Of a stretch of DNA of 64,000 nucleotides, positions 53,127-64,000 are shown piece after piece. Position 1 is the stretch's first letter. Each line of letters opens with the position of its first letter. This DNA is from Ascidiella aspersa (taxonomy: Eukaryota), in contig OZ004615.1 of assembly GCA_963924565.1 (NCBI GenBank), positions 17,856,001 through 17,920,000 of the forward strand, given 5' to 3'. The notes below the pieces were generated by a model. The model was not told the origin of the DNA, ran no database searches, and saw only the letters and a program-made list of their open reading frames with translations. The position numbers and the translations under genes are program-made.

Positions 53127-54603
53127 CCCTATATCGAAGAAAATACTCAAGACTGCCACAAGCGACAACTTTTCAGGACACCGGATCTTCTAATAGCAAG
53201 AATAACAAGTATATAATATTAATAACAGCAAAGGCAATAAATTTTCGAAATATGCAAGCAAGTGCTGTAACTGTACACAAAGTAACGCAACAAACCAAAG
53301 CTCCCGAGAAAGCGAATAAATACAAAAAAAAATGCGACTTAGAAGCGCTCAAAAAGGGCATTTGGGGCTCGTTGCCCGATAGCACCAATACTTGATATTG
53401 CACGTGTTGCATATCGTCGCGTTACAAAACGCAGTGTAAAGGATATTTCGTGTCTTCGTAAATAAACAGCACTTTGGGTTAATTTTGTGTTGCGCGCTTC
53501 CTATAGACAAAACACGCAACGCATTTGCAACTGGCGGTAAACAATCGTTTGCCACTGAATTTAGTTCCTTAGTAAAACAGCACCTATACTTTACATGAGC
53601 GTTTGGGTTTGCGACAGCATGGTTTCGTTTTAGTCGAGGGTTAGTCATTTGACTAGGTTTGTAATATTGAACAGTGAGGTGTTTCCATAGATGTACAATC
53701 ACTCATATAGCATGCGTAAAGAAAATGTCCAAGCCACGAGCCAATCTAAAAACTATAGGCTCCTGTAGCATATTTATTAAAAGCGATTCTTTTGCCTTTT
53801 TGCTAGGCTTTTTGTACTTAGTTGGAGGACTCGTTAGCTTTACTTTATTTTAAACGACTAAAAAAGATTGTCGGTGAAATATTTCCATCATTTAACTGTT
53901 GATAACCAAGCAAAGTCTTAGGAATTATTCTAATACAAATCGTTAAATTCGCATATTATGATTGAGTAAACTCTACTTTTAAATTGCAGTAAACCAGTAA
54001 CCACAAGGGCAAATCGTCGCAACCCGCAAGACATATATAACTCGAATTGAATTATGTATAGCGCCTGATCACACGTCTCTGGTATAAACCCTTAGTTGTC
54101 GCATGCCCAAACAAGTGCCTGATTTAGGCGACCGCATACAAAATGCTTTACGAAAAATAAACCGTCACTGGGCGGCGTTGGATCTTTCATAGCTCCGAAA
54201 TTCGAAGGAAAAAAAAACTTGACGCGGCGCTCAGATGGCTGTATACCTTCCCATGTACTTCAAGCAGAAGCCCTGTGGCCTGTCGTGCCCACTTAAATAG
54301 TTTGGTTTCTGCATTTGTTCCAGCAGGCTCATAATCTGGCTGGCGGTCTGTTGCGCTTCGGGGACTTCCTCGCCCGCGTCGAGGCGCGTAGTTTTGCCCG
54401 GGTGGGGCTCGGTGGTGGTTGAGCGCTCGTGGGGACTTTTCCCGGACAGGGGGGCGTTGTCGGGGAGGATGTCGGGCCGTGACGCGATACGCTGTTTGAC
54501 GTCATCGTCTTCGCTCATGTCTGGCCATTCGGAAGGCGAGGTTTCCGCGGATTCTGCGCGGAAAATGGCGGGTGAAGTTTTGCGTTGCTTTGATGAGTTA
54601 AAG

Positions 54604-55068
54604 CAGGGGTCGGCAATCTTTTTGGTCCTGCGGACCGGTTTGAAACTAAAAATTTTCCGCGGGCCGGCTTTAAAAACAACAAATGTTCAGTAAAGGTAAC
54701 TTATTGCATCTTTTTTTTAATAAACTAATTAAAATGCATGTGCTTGTTTCTAAAACTTTCTTGCCTGAACGTCAAATAATAAATCATTTTGCAATGCATC
54801 TCATATGGCCACAGCACACTCGTTTGTTTTGAACCTCACCAGTGCTTAATACTAATTAAGACTTTTTATCATACCAATCAACCGTGGAGTATGTTTAAAC
54901 GAAAGTTACTGTGTTTTGAATAGAAAACTACATTTAATTGTTGTTTGCCTTATTTTTAAGTTTCTTGGCATATTGCGTTCAGTTTGGGTTTAAATAAAAT
55001 TTTAAATCTGGCAACCCTGCTACGGACCGGTGACGAACTCCTCGCGGACCGGCGGTTGCCGACCACTG
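54604..55068. mobile_element. hAT MITE family alpha, 465 bp (U4)
   Basis: TSD AGTTAAAG on both sides; TIRs as in U1/U2. Confidence 0.88.
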
Positions 55069-56240
55069 AGTTAAAGGATGGCGATAATATTGGGTCGTAT
55101 GCGATACCCGACTAGTATCTATGTATGTTCGATAACAAGGTGGTAACTGTATCGATTCGATGCCATGTTGTGCATTTAAGTCATGACTTGCGACCCAATG
55201 CGTGTACAAACAAATAGTAAAAGCACATTTATAATAAAACTTTTAGAACTTATTGTTGTTCGAAGCGGGTAGGATTCTGTTGTGGAAACACGTATTAAGT
55301 TTTGATTATTTTGTTAGCAGTAATGAAGTTATTTCGATCAGAAGGCCGAATGTTTGGCTCATGATGATATCGCGTACAAGTGTGTTGCACATATTGGAGA
55401 CATTAGACCTGATAATTCATAATTCGACTTGTGTAGGTTGACAAATTGATACCGATCTGAAGTTAGAAATTACGGTTAGAAAAAAACAACAATATATTTT
55501 ATACCTTGAAGTGATATGCTGTCGCTGATGAAGTTCGCTCCGGATTGCTTCTGTGGCGTCGAGGATAAATGCTGTTCAGCCTCGCTTTGCCTTCTTCTCT
55601 CTTTCGCGTTGACGAGAGTGCGCACGAGCGTTTGAAGTTTTTCAAGTTTTTGCTGCAAACAAAAAATAAAAGTAGATTAATTAATAAAACGTTAAACAAC
55701 AAAACAACGGTTGCTAACCATTTAAAATTGACACCCTCTTTAAAAACGTAGAGTTGTTAGCGTAAAGCGCCAAAAAGTTTATATTTACACAGTAAATGCT
55801 GTAAAAACTAGTTATGCGGGACATGGTCTGCTATTTCGATCCAGGAAACCATTTGACTTCAAAACAGTTCTGTTATCAACTAAACTTGACTTGTGAACTT
55901 CTACGAGATTTATTGAAAGACTTGAATACCGCCCAAACTGTTTTATGTTGCAATAATTCAGTTTAATAAGATGAAGCCAAACAAACCCGTATGGTGCATA
56001 CGGTTCGGCTTTTGTTGGATTAAAACGAAATTGAATAGAAGGATTTTTTTGACAGATTTAAATCGTTCCTGTGCGACCCACTTGTTTACCCTTCGCGAAC
56101 CATGTTTAGGCACCACTGTTTTAGGGAACACTCGATGAAACCTTCCAGCATTTCATGCGTAATTTATTTTGCGGTCGTACTAACAGCGGGAACACAAAAT
56201 AAGACCTACAAGGCAGCAATATCTTAAGCAGATTAATCTA

Positions 56241-56905
56241 CAATACCATAGCATTACGACAACAAAACCATCGACAATACCATAGCATTACGACAACAAA
56301 ACCATCTGCAATACCATAGCATTCCGACGACAAAACCATATGCAATACCATAGCATTCCGACGACAAAACCATCGACAATACCATAGCATTACGACGACA
56401 AAACCATCTGCAATACCATAGCATTACGACGACAAAACCATCGACAATACCATAGCATTCCGACGACAAAACCATCTGCAATACCATAGCATTACGACGA
56501 CAAAACCATCTGCAATACCATAGCATTACGACGACAAAACCATCGACAATACCATAGCATTCCGACGACAAAACCATATGCAATACCATGGCATTACGAC
56601 GACAAAACCATCTGCAATACCATAGCATTACGACGACAAAACCATCGACAATACCATAGCATTCCGACGACAAAACCATCTGCAATACCATAGCATTACG
56701 ACGACAAAACCATCTGCAATACCATAGCATTACGACGACAAAACCATCGACAATACCATAGCATTCCGACGACAAAACCATATGCAATACCATGGCATTA
56801 CGACGACAAAACCATCTGCAATACCATGGCATTACGACGACAAAACCATCTGCAATACCATAGCATTACGACGACAAAACCATCTGCGATACAATAGCAT
56901 TACGA
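56241..56905. repeat. 34-bp minisatellite, ~19.6 copies (U4)
   Basis: Same length and variant order as the U2 array. Confidence 0.95.
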
Positions 56906-59900
56906 GAAATTGGGTTAGGGTTAAAACTATACATGACCCACCTGCATAACTTCTCGTTCTTGAGCGATGAACGAAACGTACTCGTCCTTCTCGTGATGAC
57001 GCTGCTTGAGCAGCTGACGTTGGTTGTGGTAAAATGTGATGTACTCGCCTGACGGTTGAAAGAAACGAAACATTAAACACTTACCACACCATAGATAATG
57101 TGTCCTAAAACCAAGAAATCTACTGGAAAATCTACTGGTAAAAACATCACGCGCTATTCTGGGTACAATCCCAGTTATATGGACAAGTTGTGGACATCAT
57201 TGTATGTGAAATGCCGTACATTTATTCAATTCAGCGATATAAACTTGTTTTATATTTGAGTACCTTGAGAGGAAATTATTGAGATGGGTAATCTTAAATT
57301 AGTAAGTGTAAAAGTGTTTAAACTGTATGCAATTTATTTGAAACGTTCAGTATTAAGGCATATAATAAGTTTTTTAGAGCACTCGTACAGCCCACATTGA
57401 GTGTGGCCCGCGAACAATACGCACATAACGTTGTATCCCCGGATGCTGACAATCTTGGGACCATCAAGCACTTTATCAAGCGCCTATCGTACATGTCGAG
57501 TTTCACAGTTTTGTATTGAATCAACGATTCGAATTCTTTTGTGGGCTGCAAAAAGCCGACAAAAGTCGCTTTCCTAACGTAAATTTATTTATATCACACC
57601 GACAACGATTCTGTAAGTTCACTCTCCAATCAAACACGCAAGTTAAAAACGTTGCCCATTTCGATCCATGTTGTTGTAGTTGAATTTTTGCCAGTTTTAA
57701 ACGCTAGCCGTTATCTTACCGATGGTGTCGCACTCGTTTTGCAGCTGCAAATTGATGTGTTCGAGCTCCTCCACTTTGCTTAGGGCGTCCACCTTCTCCG
57801 TCATTACTTTAGTAAAGCGATCCTAGAGCAAAAGCAAAAAATTTTCATAAACTGACAGGTTTTGTCTATTCTATGAGAAGATTTGGGATTCATTGAATGA
57901 ATGCCAGTGACCAAAAATACTTAAAGTGTGGTGATACTTGGACAGCTTAGTGCCTTTTTATTAATTCAAACACGTCAAATGCACGAAGCACGAATTAGAA
58001 CGCAAAAACTTGCAATTGTCACCCGGCGATATTTCACGCAATAACATTACGATGAAGGCTATAGACAAATTAGATTCGACTGAAGTACCAATTTCTTAGG
58101 CGCTGTTAAAGTTTTGTCACTGCAAAGAATTGAACAGCAACTAAAAGAGTACCAGTCAATGCTGAATTCTGTATCAGCTCTACCACGTTAGTAAATATTA
58201 AAATAAATCTCAACAGTATAAACGCAATGGCCAACAAAATAGCAAAAAGTTAAAAATAATTGTTTTACTACAGCGATTTCTAGACACTTAAATTAAGCTG
58301 CTCATAAAATAAATTTAAAAAGATTTTCGAAAATCATAGTTTTTCTTCAATCAAATCAAATCAAAGCCATTTAAATATTTGAAGACTTAGTGAAACCTTA
58401 CGTTACAATAATTAGCAACTCGAAGAGCTATTGGAGTATATTTGCTAACTGGCTGAATCAAATATCTCGAGAAAAACCCACCTGAAGCAAGGACATGTTC
58501 TTGACCAACGACTCGTGTTCTTCCATTGACACTTCCAGGTCCGGCGAAGGCCGGCTCTCGTTGTTTGCGGATTCCTGCAATGCGGAGGACCTCTCCAGCT
58601 CTGTCTTCTGCTGTTCCAACCTCCGGACGAAGATCGACTTTTCCTCCTGGAGGTCAGCGATCGAGCGGTTCAACTGAGACACCTGGTGGTAAAATAATCA
58701 AAAATAGTGGTTTGGTGTGTTGCGTAAACATTAAAATTGTAGCTATTTTGGGTTAAGTAATACTACAAGGCTTACATAATCCATATAATCGTGGTCCAAC
58801 TATGTTTAGTAGGGCGGGTCGCGAAAACACTTTTTTTTCAAATCCACCTGCCTCATATGGATTTTGATAGATAGACACCTAAAACCGTTGTATACGAAGT
58901 TTAAGCTCATTTGAACATGTATTGGTGTGAGGAAATCGAGATGAATTTTTGCCAAAAATCGCAAAATCGGGTAAAAATGCGAAAATTTAGGTTATGTTTA
59001 ATCCATATTTTTTACTTGAAATTCATTTGCTATGACCTTATTCTTGTTTTTTAGACAGTTATGGAATATTTGAAGCAAGGTAGATCTGCAGAGATTACAT
59101 TTTAATATTTATTTGCAGTAGTATTAAAAATTGGATTTTTGCAGAAAATCGCAAAATTTATAAAAAGGCAAAATTTTGGATTGCCTGCAAACTGTAGTTT
59201 TCAAATCAAACATGACTTTAAATTAATGTACGATTTACTCAATTGTCTGACCCCCTTCTTGCGAAACACTGTCCCAAAGTGAAACAAGTAAGTCTGTGAC
59301 AGTTTTGGAAATTACCGACTTATTCTTGGAAACATACTTTACGGGGAAACATAACAAGGCGAATAAACGAGGTTTATTTAGTTTACAAGCTAGTTCTCGC
59401 TATGTCGTACGTGACCCAGCCAACGTAAGCGCGAAGTAACTTGAAGGCAATTTTCCATGGCCTTTTCGAAATGCCACAGGTTCTTTTTTGTTTGTCGGTC
59501 GTTTTCATCCCCCTGGTTAACAACAGCACAAGGCCAGTTTATATCAGCGCTTTGAACGAAACTAAATATATCCATTGGTTTTTCGGATTCTTTAAAACTT
59601 TCCGACGACAATCCGAGTGTCAATCAAAACTCACCGTTGCTTTGTTGAAAAATCTTTACGGAGTTTTCCTTTGTGATTACCTGAAACTTTTTTGTTTGTT
59701 CGTAGCCCGCAGATCGCTTACTGCGCCTTTTGTTTTGCCTTGCGTCTCTACAACAGTAATATCTATTTTAAAATTGGTTTCGACACAATGTAAACAGAGC
59801 AGCTGGAAACCACCCTGCAATTTCTAACGCTCGAAGGTTGTGGCGTTTGTTGTATTTGGCTATAGAACCCAATCTTATCGATGTCGCCACACGAAGAATC

Positions 59901-61194
59901 AACATTACGTGAATAGGGCTTTTTTTTTAATTTTTCTCGATTTCAAGCTTCAAAGAAAAATACCGTCGAATGTATGTAAATTTGTAGGTATATATATATG
60001 GGAAATGTTTTTTAAAACGAGACTCTATTGAATTTCGTGACGAGACAGCACGTGAAATACACGTCGGGCCTGTCATGGATGTAGGTTAATCGGCAAAGCG
60101 CATAGCAGTCAGTGGCGGACATTAGGTGTAACTGTTGGAAGTTGGACTATAGGTGCAATCAACAGTCATTATCGTTGACAATTAATTACAACTACAGCCA
60201 CTTGTTAAGTCCCTTTAACATCGGCTCCGACAGATTTGGAATTCATAGCTAATATAATTGGCCCAAATGACTATTTTAAGATTTCTGTGTGATACAATAG
60301 TAGCAGCTTTCAAAAGCTATAGATTAGCAAAACGTCGTCATAAAACAGGTAACCGCGTTACTGAGATTTAGGTTTTTAATCTGATCTAAACAATATTTCT
60401 TCTGAGTTTTAGTCAGCCTAAGCGTATTTGAAATTAAGTGTAACAATGGGAAATACTCACCGAATCTGTCGATCAATGATGCAAGCAAGGCAGGCCAGAA
60501 AAACAAGCAGCCCGCAGTGAGGTTCGAGCCCACGACCTCCGGTCATACAGGACCTTTGGTCATACCGGGCCGTTGCTCTAGAAAAGAGTGAGTTATACAC
60601 CGGCATAGAGAGGAGCGAGTCGAGAAACAACCATACGCCAATACCTGCTGCATTCTGTTAGTACAAGCAACTTCATATTGAAGGGAATCAACAGTACCGT
60701 ATCATTCAATAAAAGGCACACACATGTGGGTTTAATAACAACTGTGATCTAGCCCCTCAGAAGCTGTTTTTTGACCAACGATACGGAAGCCATTATCGTT
60801 TGTCAAAAAGCAGCTTACGAAGGGCTAGATCACAGTTGTTATTAAACACATATGTGTGAGTGTCTTAATTCCCTTCATTTATCAAAATAGCATTACTTAA
60901 TTATAACCAGAAGAACTCAAAACGGAGACCCTGAATACAAAACTTCGTTCACTTAATCCAGCACTTGACTGAACTAAAACAATATAGGGCTGCTTATTGT
61001 CAATCGACAAAATTCGTTTTCGGTTGGTTTTACAATTCGTTAAATGTCTCAGATATTTCTTATTTTGTGTATAATAAAACTAAGATTCTGTTAGGCTTAA
61101 TAGTACTACTACGAGACCCAAACAAACTGACGCAAACTCAGCGTATGACCACAATTTTTTTGTTTTAGTTTCACCATTATAGTTATTGGCGATA

Positions 61195-62931
61195 ATGACA
61201 GGACAAGATAAAGACGAGAAGAACACGTGGAAATATCAATTGTCGGGATGCTTCCGTAACAAAACCCTCTGCATAAAAGCCTTTCTGCTCCCATGTGTAT
61301 TGGCAGGTGAATAGACGAATAAGAAAGTTTGTTAAAAGTCACCTTAAATAGTTTATAGCCCGCAGACCAGTAGAGCCAACACGCGGTTCGAGGGCCGCAT
61401 GCCGTCATGGTCCAGTTTTTTGCGGCTCTTTCGTTCGTTCTGTGTTTGAGATTTCTTAGGATGTACAATGTAGGCTACAGTTCCAACTTCTTTTGCTTAA
61501 GTTATTGATTATATTGTCGGTTCAAACTTATATTGTATGTTACTATATAAAATCAAGTCAATAAATTTTAGAAACTTCGACAGCGTGATGTTTTTTTTTA
61601 AGAAGTACTTAAACACCAATGATTCTATTGAATATATTATGTAATACGCAATAGTGTTAGTATGCAGCATCTACGGTGCATAATGTCTCTTCGCGAAAAC
61701 AGTTTTTGCCTATTTTACTACTTGAATATAAACAAACCTCATTTTGCACTTCCATATTGCCGTGGTACCCATTTTTTCTAAATAGAATATTTTTGCAAAT
61801 TTAACCCAGGTAAAGCAAATAAGTGTTTTTTGCGGGCATAGTGGAGTTGTCATTATAATAGGCCCTACTCAATGAAAAATCAGAGATTTTTAATTCCTTG
61901 TAAGGATTTGCCCCTTGAATGTACAACAATAACTAAAACTAACGTGTGTTGTTTAGGGCAAACTGCTGAAGACACCAACCAGGGTTTCTTCGAGGAATGT
62001 TGTTTGGCCGCGCTTTGCTACCCTTGCGGCTCTTACTGCATGGCGATGACCAGACAGGCAACTAGAACTGAGAAAGGAATTGAAGTAAACTATTAATTTT
62101 TCCGAGAAAAAAAAATTAGTGTATTCGAAGGTTTTTAGTGTATACAGGGAAAACTTTTGATTCGATCCAAAGAATGTTTTACTGTAACAATCCGAATTTG
62201 CTTCACTACTTCGGTGAAAATTTAATGAATAACTTTTCCAGCTATTGTTTTCTTAACGAAATATTTATGGGGCAAATACTAAAAAAGCCTTTTTAATATT
62301 TATGCTCAAATTAAGACCTATCTTGGATTTGTAAGAAAAAAAAAATATTTTTTTTAACTTTTGTCATCACTATATCCATACGAAATTTATCAAACTTTCT
62401 TAGACAAATTCGTGTAAAATGAATTTAAAATTCACATAAGCTACAAGCATTTTTCTATTTTCTACCTTCAGGGCACGTTCGCAGATGATTGTCTTGCATC
62501 GTTGTGCTGTCCTTGCTGCACTCTTGTACAAATTAGAATGGTGAGAAATAAATGCATCAGAAGTAGTAATATTAAAAACCAACTTGTGTAACCGATGTCA
62601 AGCCACGTTATTTCAACACTATACAAAATAAATTTAAGTGTGACAACAAAAATACAGTTATTTTGAATTATTAGCACTAACCACTAATAAATAATAATAA
62701 TTAAACACCATTGTCAGGTAACGAGGTACTGCGTAAAATCTGAACTTAACCAAAAAGTTTACAAATACCCAATAATAGTAGTCGGTTGAAGAACTTTTTT
62801 TATTTATACATTATATTAAAAGTTACCGTAGGCTTATTTATAGATTTACCAAGATGTCATTGTAATCCATTAATTTTGTTTGTGAATTACAGGAACTCGA
62901 GCACAAAGAACAACGTATTGAGCGAAGTTAA
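61195..62931 (+). CDS. PLAC8: PLAC8-family paralog B, copy 5 (115 aa)
   Basis: Exons 61195-61306, 61957-62084, 62472-62540, 62893-62931. Intact. Confidence 0.9.
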
Positions 62932-63939
62932 AGGCCGGGAAAAATGAGTTCGTAGATGATCTGGTTTTAAGATCGTTTTACCCTACTTTGTAGAAATGCC
63001 ACGAATTTATTTATTTTCTCTAGCTTCTTTAACAGACAAGTGTGAAGTTTTCTTGTTTTATAGATTAATTTTTATTTGTTTCTTTACCTTCGCCGAGCTG
63101 GTTAGTTTTTTTTCGTACTGAAACCTTGCATGCTATTGTGCTGAAATCTTTCCCATTTTTTCTCTTGTATTTAAGTGCGAAATGCAATGTCGTGTGCACT
63201 CTAAATGTTTGTTTTTTATGATGATCAGGTACGACCAATGGTAAAGGTATATAGGAAAGGTGTGACAGTATAGGCAAGCTTTCCTATATTCTGGACGTTA
63301 TCCAGAACTATATATAAATCTTTGGAGATTTGTTTCAGAACCGTTACAAAAAAGTACGTTGATTAAGATTGTTTGAACAAGAGGTAACGCTAGTTTGCTC
63401 AGTAAACAAAATTAAATAAAACTCAACTTGAACTTTAGTTATTTTACATAGGATTAGGTGTTATTCCGCGAAATTTCGTTGGCTAAAAGTAGTGCTTGGC
63501 TTGGAATCCGGGTAGCCCACTTTCTTGCAAAACAACAATAGATTGCAAATTACTGGCGTTAATAGAACATTGCTATTAATAAAATGTTATTTGGAAAGGT
63601 TTTGCTGCTTCAAACGTCTGGGTCTCATTTCGACGCTAGGCAGATGAATGGCAACAATGACCTTATTGGAATTTGCCTCAAAGAAAGGTCTTCATTTGCT
63701 TAGTTATTAACATTTGTGCACCGTGGATGGATGTGTGTGCCTTTTATGCAAGAATCCACAATTGCAAGCAACTATCGTTTTTTTTGGCAAACCATCTTCG
63801 TTCATGCACCACATTGTAAACCTATAGCGGTAAACTTGCGACACTAAAAGCAACACAACTTATAGTCTTCTAAGATGAGCGTTGTAATTTCAAAACAAAA
63901 ACGTTCTTCACTACAGCTGCTAAACAAAATGCCCTGTAT

Positions 63940-64000
63940 CAGGGATGGCGAACCTTTTCATCGCGCGAGTACAAACACAACCTTAATCCTTACAAAATGC
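63940..64000. mobile_element. Left end of hAT-type MITE (U5 copy of 19611-20223), truncated by the window
   Basis: CCCTGTAT followed by CAGGGATGGCGAACC. Confidence 0.8.

Larger units (their letters stand above)
54231..58682 (-). pseudogene. GOLGA2: GOLGA2/GM130 3' fragment, unit 4 (five exons, frame open, no 5' exons)
   Basis: Exons 58682-58482, 57822-57720, 57048-56942, 55652-55505 and 54553-54231; no stops. Truncated upstream by the junction at 59228. Confidence 0.82.
14652..64000. repeat. Tandem segmental duplication array, ~11-kb unit, at least 4.4 copies
   Basis: Unit start TACGATTTACTCAATTGTCTG recurs at 14652, 25504, 36957, 47675 and 59229. Internal gene, ORF and MITE order is conserved. 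Unit lengths 10852, 11453, 10718 and 11554 bp; U5 is truncated. Confidence 0.95.

Overview
AT-rich, intron-containing animal genomic DNA, probably invertebrate; the species cannot be determined from the sequence. Bases 1-14,651 are single-copy. They carry a complete 4-exon PLAC8/cornifelin-family gene (PLAC8-A, + strand, 110 aa), a decayed LINE fragment and several DNA-transposon MITEs. From 14,652 to the end is a head-to-tail array of a ~10.7-11.6 kb unit: U1 14652-25503, U2 25504-36956, U3 36957-47674, U4 47675-59228 and U5 from 59229, truncated by the window. Each unit holds an intact, more Cys-rich paralog (PLAC8-B, + strand, 115 aa, same intron positions as A). U1-U4 also hold, tail-to-tail on the - strand, the last 4-5 exons of a GOLGA2/GM130 golgin gene cut off from its 5' part. 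All five PLAC8-B copies are open and differ almost only at synonymous sites. The GM130 fragments are broken in U1/U3 (nonsense codon, exon replaced) and fully open in U2/U4. The units are mosaics and include a 22,272-bp higher-order repeat. They differ in a 34-bp minisatellite (1.6 to 19.6 copies) and in MITE presence/absence. At one site, two different hAT MITEs occupy exactly the same 8-bp target-site duplication in different units. Homology calls rest on my recall of family motifs, not on database searches.
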